Below, in pieces: positions 48,653 through 58,333 of a stretch of DNA of 64,000 nt. Both the position numbers and the translations under genes were made by a program. The notes beneath the pieces are model-generated. The model searched no databases and was not told the origin of the DNA. It saw only the letters and a program-made list of their open reading frames with translations. The stretch lies in NCBI GenBank assembly GCA_031425195.1, contig JANPIX010000024.1, forward strand, positions 48,442 to 112,441, in the 5' to 3' direction. Each line of letters begins with the position of its first letter. The first letter of the stretch is position 1. This DNA comes from Gemmobacter sp. (GTDB taxonomy: Bacteria > Pseudomonadota > Alphaproteobacteria > Rhodobacterales > Rhodobacteraceae).

Positions 48653-51570
48653 TGGCCCACCATGATCGTTGTCGGCATCACCGTCATGTCCCATTCGCCA
48701 AAGCGTGACAGGTGATCGTAATCGGACACATCATTTTCCTTCTGGAACGCGCGCCGGGGGGTGAACCCCTTGTCGGGCGACAGATAGCTGCCGATCAGAC
48801 GCGGCAGACCGGCTGCAATTTCGGCCTGAAGTTCAGGGGTGATTTCCGTGGTGACGGCCTTGGGTGCGGTGCCAAGGCCCAGATAGGTGACGCGGGCCAC
48901 CTCCATCGGGCCATGCTGCGCAAAGGCCCCACGCTCGGCCATCATTGCGAGCAAAAGCAGTTGCTTGTCAAAGTGGGTCTGTTCTTTTCGGCTGGGCGGG
49001 GTGCCTGTCTTGTAGTCAAGGATATGCACCCGGCCATCGGCCAAGCGGTCGATCCTGTCGGGTTGGCCTGTCAGACTGAACGGCAACGGGGCGAGCGGTT
49101 GGACCCCCCGTGTTTCAAGGACAAGGGGGGTACCACCGTTTTGGTCGACGTCATCCAGAAAGAAATCCGCCGCCCGCGCCAGACGCGCCTGCCAGAAAAG
49201 ACGGGCAGCCGCCCAAGGCACCTGTTCCAGCAGGGTTTCTTCCGTAAGCCGGGCAAGCCGGGCCTTTGCCTCGGCGCGGGTTTCAACAGGGCGGTCGCGC
49301 ATGAAGCGTTCCAGCACGCTGTGCAGAACCGTGCCACGCAGCAGGGCGTCGGGCTGGGGGTGCAGCGGGTTCAGGGGGCGGAGTTTCAGGATATACCGGG
49401 CATAGATGGCATAGGGATCACGGATCAGCCTTTTGATCGCCGTGACCGGCAGTTCGGCGGGCCGTGCGGCCACTGGTGGACAGGGGGCGGGGCGCAGGGG
49501 TGCGCGGCCATCGGGGATGATCCGTTCCATGTCCTGTGCCGTCTGCAGCCAATAGCGACCCCGCGCGCGCATGTCTGCCAAGGCCTGCGGACCGTTGCGT
49601 TCCACCACGCCGCCGACAAGGTTGACCAGACGGTTCAGCCACCGCGACGGGACGGTTTCTGTTTCGGCGTTCCGCAGTGCCCGCGTCAGGACCACGGTTT
49701 TCGCGGCGATGGCCTGTTGGTAATCATGTGCCGAAAGACCGATCCGGCGGTCTGGCAACAGAAGCCCGGCGTCGTGGCGCATCCGACGGTTCATCCAGGG
49801 ATCGGGGTCGGGCAGGGGTGGCCAGATGCTGTCATTCATTCCGCCCAGAACCACCACATCCGCCCCCTGCACCCGCGCTTCGAGCGTGCCCCAGATCATG
49901 ATGCCGGGGGTGGGCACCGCGTTGTCGCGGACGTCGGCCTTGGCGATCACCGCTTCGAACAGATTGCGGTAATCGGTGCAGGACAGGATGCCGCCATGGG
50001 CCGCCTCTGTGGTCAGATTGGTCAAAAAGGCGCGGGTTTCTTCGCCCGGCCCATCGACCCACAACTGCCCGGAGCCAAGGCTTTCCCACCCCTGCGCCAG
50101 AAGTTCCGCACAGCGCAGATGCCGCGCCACATGGTCGGACAGGGGCAGGCTGACCGGAATGTCGACCTGCGCGAACACGCGGCCAAGCCAATCCACCCAA
50201 GCCGGGGCAAGGGGATCAGTCTGGCGGTCAAGCCAGCGGGCAAGCACGGTTTCATCCGGGAAGGGGGCTGCCACGCGGCGCAACCACAGCTCCAACTCGC
50301 GGGTCAGCCGGAGGTGCGGGCCGCGAATATCGCCGCCGGTTGCGGCGAGCGGGTGTTTCAAAAGGGTCAGCATCGCCTCGGACGTCAGTTTCCGCCCGAA
50401 CAGGGCTGCTACATGGCGCAGGAACCGACCCGGCGGGGTAAGCGCCATCGGGCGGCCAGCGGAATCGTCTGGGACGATGCGCCACTGGTCAAGTGCGGCG
50501 GCGACCTGACGCGTCAGACCGCGATCGGGCGTGACAAGGGCGGCAGTCTGCCCCCGTTCGGCAGCACTTTTCAGGATAAGGGCAATCGCCAAAGCCTCGG
50601 TTCTGGGATCTGCCGCCTCGATCAGGGTCATTTCGCGGGTTGCGGTTGGAAGATCGGGGAGGGCCGGGCCTTCGGTCAGCCATTGGTCGGTGACCGGGGC
50701 GGGGCGAAGGGAAAGGGACACAAGTTTGTTCCGCGCCGGATCAGGCGCTGTGGCCATGTGCCAAAGGCGCACTTCGGCGGGCATCAGGCCAAGCGCGCGC
50801 AGCAGGCGGTGAAAGCGGTATTGCGGATGATCTTCGGTGACCAGTGCATCATCCATGCCTTGCCAGACATGGTCAGGCTGATCGAAATCGAACCCCGGAA
50901 GAACCACCATCCCCTGTGACAGACCCGCCACCGCCTCCATCAGCAGCGCCGTCGTGCCGCGCGATCCGGTTGATCCGGCAAGGATGATCGGATGATCCGG
51001 TTCCGCCAGTTTCCAGCCCGCGACAAGCGCCTGCACCGCAAGCCGCTGGCGCGCCTCGGCATCGGGTTGGGCGTCGGGGCCGAAAAATGGTGCAACAATC
51101 TCCATGAATGTCTTGGTGCGTTGCCAGTGGGCGGAATGGTCTGAAACGTCCAGCCGGGTGATCGTGTCGGGCGACACACCTTCGCCCTGCATTTCATCGA
51201 GCAGGGTGGCAAGACTGTCTGCAAGGTCGAACAGGGCGGACCGGGGGGCGAAATCGGGCTGCGCGTCAAGGAGACGCGAGATCAGTACCGAAAGGTCCAG
51301 ACGCCTGCGCAGCGAGGACACAGCGACGGGCAGGCCCGGCATCAAGGCCTGCGAACCGATATCGGTGACAAGCCGGATGCGCGGCAGAAAGCCTGCCCCT
51401 GCGGCGACAAACAGATCGGTCACCCGCCTGCGCATCCGTGCCGTGTTGACGATCAATTCGACGCGGGCCATCGCCTCGGGCGGGCTGTCCGCCATGCGGG
51501 CGCGAAGGCCTTGGACCAGTTCAGCCGGAAAATCGGCACCCGGGGGCATGGCATAGACATGTGCCGTCAT
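48649..51570 (-). CDS. addB: double-strand break repair protein AddB (alphaproteobacterial type)
   Basis: ~973 aa, upstream of addA, with a C-terminal nuclease motif RVHILDYKTG. Confidence 0.88.
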   Translation of the reverse strand: MTAHVYAMPPGADFPAELVQGLRARMADSPPEAMARVELIVNTARMRRRVTDLFVAAGAGFLPRIRLVTDIGSQALMPGLPVAVSSLRRRLDLSVLISRLLDAQPDFAPRSALFDLADSLATLLDEMQGEGVSPDTITRLDVSDHSAHWQRTKTFMEIVAPFFGPDAQPDAEARQRLAVQALVAGWKLAEPDHPIILAGSTGSRGTTALLMEAVAGLSQGMVVLPGFDFDQPDHVWQGMDDALVTEDHPQYRFHRLLRALGLMPAEVRLWHMATAPDPARNKLVSLSLRPAPVTDQWLTEGPALPDLPTATREMTLIEAADPRTEALAIALILKSAAERGQTAALVTPDRGLTRQVAAALDQWRIVPDDSAGRPMALTPPGRFLRHVAALFGRKLTSEAMLTLLKHPLAATGGDIRGPHLRLTRELELWLRRVAAPFPDETVLARWLDRQTDPLAPAWVDWLGRVFAQVDIPVSLPLSDHVARHLRCAELLAQGWESLGSGQLWVDGPGEETRAFLTNLTTEAAHGGILSCTDYRNLFEAVIAKADVRDNAVPTPGIMIWGTLEARVQGADVVVLGGMNDSIWPPLPDPDPWMNRRMRHDAGLLLPDRRIGLSAHDYQQAIAAKTVVLTRALRNAETETVPSRWLNRLVNLVGGVVERNGPQALADMRARGRYWLQTAQDMERIIPDGRAPLRPAPCPPVAARPAELPVTAIKRLIRDPYAIYARYILKLRPLNPLHPQPDALLRGTVLHSVLERFMRDRPVETRAEAKARLARLTEETLLEQVPWAAARLFWQARLARAADFFLDDVDQNGGTPLVLETRGVQPLAPLPFSLTGQPDRIDRLADGRVHILDYKTGTPPSRKEQTHFDKQLLLLAMMAERGAFAQHGPMEVARVTYLGLGTAPKAVTTEITPELQAEIAAGLPRLIGSYLSPDKGFTPRRAFQKENDVSDYDHLSRFGEWDMTVMPTTIMVGQ

Positions 51571-52268
51571 CTTGAACCTTCCAACAGCGTTTCCGCCAGG
51601 GCGATACCCTCGGGTCGTCCGACATCACACCAACCGCCCCGGTGGACAACACCAGACAGACGCCCCTGTGCGATCATCCTGTCCCACAGCAGATTCAGGG
51701 AAAAGACAGCCGATTCGATATCACGCAGGCCGTCTGTGCGTATGATCTGCGCACCAAGATAGACATATGCACCGGTTCCGGGCGCGCGGATCAGGCGGCC
51801 TGCGGGATCAAGGTCGAAGTCGCCGCCACCCGAGTGGCCGGTTGCATTTTCGCGGGGCAGCAAAAGCAACAGCCCGTCCATGGATTGCGGCATCCAGCCC
51901 GCATCCAGCTCCTGCAAGGCATTCGCGCCCGTCCAGACCGCATCGGAGTTGAGCGTGAAAACGGGGTCTGTTTCCAGCAACGGCAGGGCATGCCGCAGGC
52001 CGCCGCCGGTATCAAGAAGACAGCCGGTTTCATCGCTGAACCTGATATCTGGGCGGTCGGCAAGATGTGCTGCAAGTTGCGGGGCGCGGTAATGCAGGTT
52101 GACGACGATGTTGCCGATCCCAACCCCATCCGCCAGGGCGAGCGCGTGGTCGATCAGTGGCTTGCCTGCCACCGGGATCAGCGGTTTTGGCTGCGTCGCC
52201 GTAAGCGCGCCCATGCGGGTGCCCAGACCGGCGGCAAACAGCATCAAGGATCGCGGCATGTTCCGCAT
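51567..52268 (-). CDS. murU: N-acetylmuramate alpha-1-phosphate uridylyltransferase MurU-like nucleotidyltransferase
   Basis: LMLFAAGLGTRMG nucleotidyltransferase motif, paired with an AmgK-like kinase. The start is 52268 or 52259, and both overlap the amgK 3' end. Confidence 0.78.
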   Translation of the reverse strand: MRNMPRSLMLFAAGLGTRMGALTATQPKPLIPVAGKPLIDHALALADGVGIGNIVVNLHYRAPQLAAHLADRPDIRFSDETGCLLDTGGGLRHALPLLETDPVFTLNSDAVWTGANALQELDAGWMPQSMDGLLLLLPRENATGHSGGGDFDLDPAGRLIRAPGTGAYVYLGAQIIRTDGLRDIESAVFSLNLLWDRMIAQGRLSGVVHRGGWCDVGRPEGIALAETLLEGSR

Positions 52269-53269
52269 TTTGCGGCAATCCTTTGCAGGTTTTCTGAGGT
52301 GGGTTCCGGCAGCAGGCTCGCGCAGATGTCTGCGAGTGGGCGCAGCACCGGGGCTGTGAGGTTTCGCTGCAACTGCCCCCAGACGCGGGGGATCAGCGGC
52401 AGATAGCCCGACTTTCCCGACACCAGACATAACCGCGCGAATATGCCCAGAATACGCAGGGCGCGTTGTGCCCCAAGGACGGCGGCGGCGGTCTGCAGGG
52501 TTTCATGATTGCGGCCCGTCTTTTCGGCAAAGCGCCTGATCATGGCAGGTTCCACCCCGGGGGCCACGTCGCGGCGGGCATCCTGCAACAGGGAAATCAG
52601 GTCATAGGCGGGCTGACCCATCTGAGCCAGTTGGAAGTCAAGGAGGCCGACACGCCGCAGACCATGGCGGCGGGGCAGCCAAAGCAGATTTTCGGCGTGG
52701 TAGTCGCGCAGGATCAGGACGCGCGGACCGTCGGCGTGGCGGGCCAGAAGGTCGGCCAGAACGGTTTCAAACGGGGAACCCGGTGCGGCGTCGCCGGTGA
52801 TTGCGAACCGGTACCAGGACAGGGCAAACGCCGCAGCAACCGCCCAGTCCCGCGCACCGGGATCAGGAAGGCCGGGGGGCGCCGCGTGGGTCTGGAGGTG
52901 GACCAGAACATCGGTTGCCGCGGCATAGAGGTCAGGCTCACCAGCAGGGTTTGCGCGTGCGAGGCGGGCAAACACGCCATCACCCAGATCTTCGAGTAGA
53001 AGAAACCCCTGTGCCAGATCCTGCGCCAGAACCCGGGGGGCAGACAGGCCGATGCAGTTCAAATGGCGGGCGATGTGGACGAAATCAGCGGGGTCATCGG
53101 CCTGTCCGGGTGGTGCGTCCATTCTGACGGCGCTGCGTTTTCCAAGGCGCAGCCGATGATAGCGGCGCGCCGATGCGTCGCCTGCGAGGGGCGTGCAATC
53201 GGCATGGCCCCAGCCGTTTTCAACAAGAAAGCGGGTTGCCTGTGCCGCGCGGGCGGATGGTTCAGGCAT
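52244..53269 (-). CDS. amgK: anomeric MurNAc/GlcNAc kinase AmgK-like (aminoglycoside phosphotransferase fold)
   Basis: APH-type motif ILRDYHAENLLWL and DFQLAQMG. Conserved position between tsaE and murU. Confidence 0.75.
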   Translation of the reverse strand: MPEPSARAAQATRFLVENGWGHADCTPLAGDASARRYHRLRLGKRSAVRMDAPPGQADDPADFVHIARHLNCIGLSAPRVLAQDLAQGFLLLEDLGDGVFARLARANPAGEPDLYAAATDVLVHLQTHAAPPGLPDPGARDWAVAAAFALSWYRFAITGDAAPGSPFETVLADLLARHADGPRVLILRDYHAENLLWLPRRHGLRRVGLLDFQLAQMGQPAYDLISLLQDARRDVAPGVEPAMIRRFAEKTGRNHETLQTAAAVLGAQRALRILGIFARLCLVSGKSGYLPLIPRVWGQLQRNLTAPVLRPLADICASLLPEPTSENLQRIAAKCGTCRDP

Positions 53270-53759
53270 CTGTATCCCCGTCAGGCGCGGACCACAGTCC
53301 TGCAACGTGTGCGATTATGGCTGAGGGGCCGGTCAGGGTTGCCAAGCGACCTGTGTCCTGATCGGTCAGGTGCAGGTTGATGGCATGAGTTGGCGCCATC
53401 CGGCCCAATCGTTCTGGCCATTCGATGAGGCAGATCGCGGTGTTAAACGCGCCCTCAAGTCCAAGTTCGGTCACTTCGTCGAGTTGTGACAGTCGGTAAA
53501 GATCAGCATGCCACAGATCACCGCCCGCATTTTCGTAGACCTGGACCAGGGTGAACGTGGGGGAAGGAACGTCTTCCATCCGGCCAAGCCGCGCGCGGAT
53601 CAGGGCGCGGGCCAGATGGGATTTGCCCGCCCCGATGGTGCCGGACAGCAAAAGCGACAGACCGGGATGCAGGATTTTGGCCAGAACCCGGCCCAGTTGC
53701 GACGTGGCTTCGCCGTCTGGCAGGTAGATGGCGATTGTGGCCTGTGGTTCTGATGTCAT
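53262..53759 (-). CDS. tsaE: tRNA t6A37 biosynthesis ATPase TsaE
   Basis: LLLSGTIGAGKSHLARALI P-loop, SPTFTLV, HADLYR. ATG at 53759. Confidence 0.9.
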   Translation of the reverse strand: MTSEPQATIAIYLPDGEATSQLGRVLAKILHPGLSLLLSGTIGAGKSHLARALIRARLGRMEDVPSPTFTLVQVYENAGGDLWHADLYRLSQLDEVTELGLEGAFNTAICLIEWPERLGRMAPTHAINLHLTDQDTGRLATLTGPSAIIAHVAGLWSAPDGDTDA

Positions 53760-53799
53760 GCGCGCAATCTGACCTGCCTTCCGTGTCACTGCAAGGCGG

Positions 53800-55380
53800 T
53801 CAGGCCAATTTGCGCGGGTCAGGCGGGGGCAGCGCCTGTTCCCCAATGGGGTGATGCATCACCCGGAACGAGGCCAGTCGCGCGCCGCCCTGCAGACCGC
53901 GGAAACGGCAACCGACAAGCCGCCCGTCGAGCAGCCTGACTTCCCCTTCCCATGGTGCTTTCGCCCCGCTTGCCGTCAGAAATTCTTCGGCCACGGTCCA
54001 CTGCGTTGAAACGGCGCTGCGGCCGCGCCAGTGGGCCATGACGTCGGCAAGGCTGGTTTCGGAAATGGTTGCTGCCGGGTCATGGCCCCACAGGTTTGCA
54101 TAGGCGGTGTTCGTCATCACCAGAAGGCCGGACTGACTGAACACCGCCATGGCATCATCCATGGCGTCGATGACTGATTGCCCCAGTTCAAGGTCGGCGC
54201 GGTAGCGGCGGGTGCGGGTCATCTCGGTCGAGATATCCTCGAACATTAGGGCCAGTGCGCCGTTGGGATAGGGCCTGCCGATCACCCGGTAGGTCAGGCC
54301 CGATGGCAGATTCCAGGTTTCTTCATAGATGCCCGACGTCGCCGCCTTTTCCAGATCCACCATCTGTCGCCGCCAGTCGCGGTAGTTCTTTGGTTCGGGG
54401 ATCATGTTTCGGTCGCGCATGGCGTCGAGAACGGCGAACAGGGTGGGCCGCATCGTCAGAAAGTCGGGCTGCAGGCTGGTGAGATCAATCAGTGCGGGGT
54501 TGAACAGTTGCAGTTGCCGCTGCCGGTCAAAGATCGCAAGGCCGGTGGGAAGATGTGCGAATGTCTTGGTCAGCGTCTGCATGAAATCGCGCAGCGTCCC
54601 TTCGGCCTGCACGATGGCGTCGGCGGGAACGGCATAGGTCAGACGGCCACCGTCTTCGGGAATGCAGCGGACATCGTACCAGCGGCGGCCCGCCTCGGCG
54701 TTTGGTGTCTTGGGGCTATCGAGATAAAGGCGCAGGCCAGAGGCGGATTCCACACTGACCGCATTGCCAAAAAGGCGTGGCAGCGGCCATGACAGATCCT
54801 GATCAGGCAGTAGTCGATCAGCGGCTTCGCGCAGATAGGCCGTGTTGGCCCATGTCACGTTTCCCGCCGCGTCTTCGCGCCAGATCAGATAGGGCGCGCG
54901 GTTTACCGTGGTGCGCAACGATGCCAGCTCTGTGTCCAGTGCGCGCAGGTGAACGCCATCGGCGGCACTTCCTGTGACATTCGGCTGCTGCAGCGACAGG
55001 CGGGTGAGGCCGCCAATCAGTTCGACAGCCAACACTTCATCAGGATGGCCCGCAGCCGTGAGGTGGAATCGGCCTTCGGCGGGCAAATCTTTCAGTCTGT
55101 CTTGCAAACCCGGAAACCGGACGGACAACTGCGCTGCAAGGCGGGAAAGACCTTGTCCCACGTCAGGCCCCAGTGACAGAATGGCGCGTGCCGAAGGTGT
55201 GGCGTCGATCAGCGTGTCATGGTCAAACAGAAACACAACCTCGTTCGACGCGGTGCCAAAGATGCTTTCCGCCTGCCGAGGCCGTGCCGCCTGTAACGCG
55301 GCAAGGATGAAGACCCCGCCGAGCGCCGCCAACACAGCCGAAAGGGCCATGCCGACGGCAAGGACCCAGTCAAATACCAT
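53800..55380 (-). CDS. membrane-anchored multi-PAS signalling protein without a recognisable output domain
   Basis: N-terminal TM VLAVGMALSAVLAALGGVFILAAL. Several PAS-like repeats (APYLIWREDAAGNVTWANTAYL, LPTGLAIFDRQRQLQLFNPA, MDDAMAVFSQSGLLVMTNTAYANLWG). No H-box or ATP-lid motifs seen. ATG at 55380 (the tracked start at 55413 is TTG). Confidence 0.65.
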   Translation of the reverse strand: MVFDWVLAVGMALSAVLAALGGVFILAALQAARPRQAESIFGTASNEVVFLFDHDTLIDATPSARAILSLGPDVGQGLSRLAAQLSVRFPGLQDRLKDLPAEGRFHLTAAGHPDEVLAVELIGGLTRLSLQQPNVTGSAADGVHLRALDTELASLRTTVNRAPYLIWREDAAGNVTWANTAYLREAADRLLPDQDLSWPLPRLFGNAVSVESASGLRLYLDSPKTPNAEAGRRWYDVRCIPEDGGRLTYAVPADAIVQAEGTLRDFMQTLTKTFAHLPTGLAIFDRQRQLQLFNPALIDLTSLQPDFLTMRPTLFAVLDAMRDRNMIPEPKNYRDWRRQMVDLEKAATSGIYEETWNLPSGLTYRVIGRPYPNGALALMFEDISTEMTRTRRYRADLELGQSVIDAMDDAMAVFSQSGLLVMTNTAYANLWGHDPAATISETSLADVMAHWRGRSAVSTQWTVAEEFLTASGAKAPWEGEVRLLDGRLVGCRFRGLQGGARLASFRVMHHPIGEQALPPPDPRKLA

Positions 55381-55429
55381 GCCACCCCCAAACCTTAACT
55401 GACCAGATAACAACCTAAAGTCGTTATTG

Positions 55430-55444
55430 TTAATGCCACGTTAA
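55430..55444 (-). promoter_or_regulatory. perfect CtrA-box consensus TTAA-N7-TTAA upstream of the PAS gene
   Basis: ttaatgccacgttaa lies in the 99-nt AT-rich regB/PAS spacer, about 50-60 nt upstream of the ATG at 55380. Confidence 0.45.
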
Positions 55445-55479
55445 TCCGAGAGTTGCCGAAAACAAATGATATGGATCAA

Positions 55480-56868
55480 TCAACGCTGAAAGATGCGGTT
55501 TTCACCCAGCGGTTGATCGCGGGGCACGGCGAGACGCTGAAGGGGCCAGACAGCCTCTACTATTGCACCGCTGCGGCTGGGTTTGGGCGTGTCGTTTGGC
55601 TGGGTTTCCTGTTCCACACCGTTGGAAAAGCTCAGCTCGGCACCTGACCGCTCCAGAAGGGTTTTTGCGATGAACAGACCCAGACCCATGCCTTCGTAAC
55701 CTTTGCGCGGCCCTTCCGTTTCTGTCCGGCGGTGGCGCACGAAGGGATCACCGATGCGCCCAAGAAGGGCGGGCGGGTACCCTTCGCCATCATCGACAAT
55801 GCGGATGAGGACCTGGCGTTCATCCCACTCTGCCTCGATCCAGACGGTGCTCCGGGCAAAATCGACGGCGTTCTGAACAAGGTTGCGCAGGCCGTGAATC
55901 ACTTCGGGTGATCGGCGGATGTTCGGCTCTTGAGCGGTGCCGCGATTGGTGGGTGCCAATTGAAAGACAAGGTTGCGTCCCCGTCGCGCGTGCGGGGCCG
56001 CCGCCTCTTGCAGGACGGCACCGAGGGGGGCCTGATGCAACTGGCGATCATCTTTTCCCGCCTTGCCCATTGACCGCAGGATATCACGGCAACGATTGGC
56101 CTGATCGCGGATCAAACGGGCGTCCTGTTGCAGATCGGGCCGGTCGGCCAGTTCGTCGATGAGTTCCGCGCTGGTGAGTTTGATGGTCGCAAGGGGTGTG
56201 CCAAGTTCATGTGCCGCTGCTGCAACGACGCCGCCCAGATCCGTCAGTTTCTGTTCACGCGCGAGGGCCATTTGCGTCGCCAGAAGGGCATCCGACATCA
56301 GCCGGATTTCAGTGGCGACACGCCGCGAATACAGGCCGAGAAACAGGATACCGATCACGATGGCAAGCCAGAAGCCAAAGGCGAACAGGCCGGGGACCAC
56401 AACGACCGACCCGTCAGATTGCAGCAGGGGCAGGCTGACCACCGCATTCAGCGTGATCATCCCAATGGCAGATACGCCAAGCCACACCGTTGTGCGAAGC
56501 GAGAGGGCGCTGGCGGAAATGGTGACCGGCGCAAGGATCAGCAGGGCAAAGGGGTTCGTCAGCCCGCCTGTCAGGAAAACCAGTGTCGACAGTTGGCCCA
56601 TGTCGAACATCAGCATCCAAAGCGCCTGACGTTCAGACAGGCGTTTGTTTTCGGGAAAGATGAACACGGAAATCAGGTTGGCAACAACCGACGCCCCGAT
56701 CACGACAAGACACAGTCCCATCGGCAAACGCATGTTGTACCAGTAACTCGCCGTCAGAACGGCGGCCAACTGGCCCCCGATGGCCATCCAGCGCAGCAGC
56801 GTAAGCGTGCGCAGGCGAACCCAGTCTGTCCGGCCCCCGTTGGGCATTAGCGCGTTGGGTGCAAACAT
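55480..56868 (-). CDS. regB: redox-sensing histidine kinase RegB/PrrB
   Basis: Six-TM N-terminus with the RegB-specific quinone motif GGLTNPF, H-box AAAHELGTPLATI, redox-box Cys (ANRCRDIL) and GMGLGLFIAK. Divergent from senC-regA. Confidence 0.92.
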   Translation of the reverse strand: MFAPNALMPNGGRTDWVRLRTLTLLRWMAIGGQLAAVLTASYWYNMRLPMGLCLVVIGASVVANLISVFIFPENKRLSERQALWMLMFDMGQLSTLVFLTGGLTNPFALLILAPVTISASALSLRTTVWLGVSAIGMITLNAVVSLPLLQSDGSVVVVPGLFAFGFWLAIVIGILFLGLYSRRVATEIRLMSDALLATQMALAREQKLTDLGGVVAAAAHELGTPLATIKLTSAELIDELADRPDLQQDARLIRDQANRCRDILRSMGKAGKDDRQLHQAPLGAVLQEAAAPHARRGRNLVFQLAPTNRGTAQEPNIRRSPEVIHGLRNLVQNAVDFARSTVWIEAEWDERQVLIRIVDDGEGYPPALLGRIGDPFVRHRRTETEGPRKGYEGMGLGLFIAKTLLERSGAELSFSNGVEQETQPNDTPKPSRSGAIVEAVWPLQRLAVPRDQPLGENRIFQR

Positions 56869-56972
56869 GGGTTACCGTTTTCCTTGCGACGAACACTCCC
56901 CTTGTCTAGCGCGGGGTTCTGGCGGATCAATGCGCGATTGCGATGCGGCCGGTTAATGGACGAGGAATACCG

Positions 56973-57587
56973 ATGATCAAGGTCTTTGCCGGGGCGGGAG
57001 CGTTGTCCCTTTTTGCGCTGCTTGCAGGAACTGCATGGTACGTTGTTGCAAATCGGACGGATGATCCCTTTGAACAATGTCGGGCGGGGCAGGTTGCCGG
57101 GGGGGCGATTGGCGGGCCATTCGAGCTTGTCGACGAAACGGGTGCAACGGTGACCGACGCGGACATTTTGACCAAACCGTCGCTCATCTATTTCGGGTAT
57201 GGCTTCTGCCCGGATGTTTGTCCGCTCGACAATGCGCGCAACGCCGAGGCCGTCGACATTCTGGAAGAACGGGGGCTGGAGGTGCAGCCGGTGTTCATCA
57301 CGATTGATCCGGGACGGGACACACCGGAGTTTCTGGCCGAATACACGGAAAACCTGCATCCCCGGATGATCGGGCTGACCGGAAGCCAATCACAGGTGGA
57401 CGCCGCGGTGCGTGCCTACAAGGCTTATGGCAAAAAGCAGGAAAGCGGTGACGAGTATTACCTGATGGACCATTCCACATTCACCTATCTGATGCTGCCG
57501 GGCACCGGATTTGCGGATTTCTTCCGGCGCGAAGTGACATCCGAGGACATGGCGAACCGGGTGGCCTGCTTCATGGGTGAAAGCTGA
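56973..57587 (+). CDS. senC: SCO1/SenC (PrrC) copper chaperone
   Basis: TM anchor plus YFGYGFCPDVCP CxxxC and DHS. ATG at 56973 with GAGGAA upstream. Confidence 0.9.
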   Translation: MIKVFAGAGALSLFALLAGTAWYVVANRTDDPFEQCRAGQVAGGAIGGPFELVDETGATVTDADILTKPSLIYFGYGFCPDVCPLDNARNAEAVDILEERGLEVQPVFITIDPGRDTPEFLAEYTENLHPRMIGLTGSQSQVDAAVRAYKAYGKKQESGDEYYLMDHSTFTYLMLPGTGFADFFRREVTSEDMANRVACFMGES

Positions 57588-57659
57588 CGTTCAGAGCGGC
57601 GGACCCTGGTATTTGACGGGCCGGTCATTGGCGCTAGGTTCGGTGCAGTATAGGGGATT

Positions 57660-58220
57660 ATGCAAATGAACGCTTCGGAGGAATTCGATCTTGGGCCGGA
57701 TCGGTCGCTGTTGCTGGTTGATGACGACGAGCATTTTGTAAAGCGTCTGGCCAAGGCGATGGAAAAACGCGGCTTTCAGCCTGAAACCGCCGAAAGTGTT
57801 GCAGTTGGCAAAGCGATGGCGATTGCCAGACCCCCGGCCTATGCGGTTGTCGATCTGCGGCTGGAAGACGGCAACGGGCTCGACATCGTGGAAACGCTGC
57901 GCGAGCGGCGTCCGGATTGCCGGATTGTGGTGCTGACGGGGTATGGTGCCATTGCGACGGCGGTTGCGGCCGTAAAGATCGGGGCAACCGACTATCTTTC
58001 GAAACCCGCCGATGCGGATGAAGTGATGCACGCGTTGCTTTCGGGTGGTGAAAGTGTCCCACCGTTGCCCGAGAACCCGATGTCTGCCGACCGGGTTCGT
58101 TGGGAGCATATTCAGCGAATCTATGAGATGTGCGACCGGAACGTTTCCGAAACCGCGCGGCGGTTGAGCATGCACCGGCGTACCCTGCAACGCATTCTGG
58201 CAAAGCGCAGCCCGCGCTGA
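57660..58220 (+). CDS. regA: global redox response regulator RegA/PrrA
   Basis: Receiver domain LLLVDDD...VVDLRLEDGNG and the invariant RegA HTH NVSETARRLSMHRRTLQRILAKRSPR. Confidence 0.95.
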   Translation: MQMNASEEFDLGPDRSLLLVDDDEHFVKRLAKAMEKRGFQPETAESVAVGKAMAIARPPAYAVVDLRLEDGNGLDIVETLRERRPDCRIVVLTGYGAIATAVAAVKIGATDYLSKPADADEVMHALLSGGESVPPLPENPMSADRVRWEHIQRIYEMCDRNVSETARRLSMHRRTLQRILAKRSPR

Positions 58221-58333
58221 TCAACCAGAACCGGCATTATCACGCTAATTCTTTGCACATTTGTGACGAGCAGTTGCTAATGAAAAACTTAGTAAGCTAA
58301 ACGTCATTCACGTGGAATAAAGGAGTTTGGGCC

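Noticed and set aside
48712-50919. 735-aa ORF on the plus strand
   Set aside because: It is antisense to addB. The composition is low-complexity Gly/Arg/Pro/Gln-rich. It has no RBS and no partner genes. It is a shadow ORF.
58221-58333. CtrA or other boxes in the AT-rich leader of the H-NS-like gene (CTAATGAAAAACTTAG)
   Set aside because: The half-sites are imperfect (TAAT/TTAG) and the spacing is off. AT-richness is expected for an autoregulated H-NS-type promoter.
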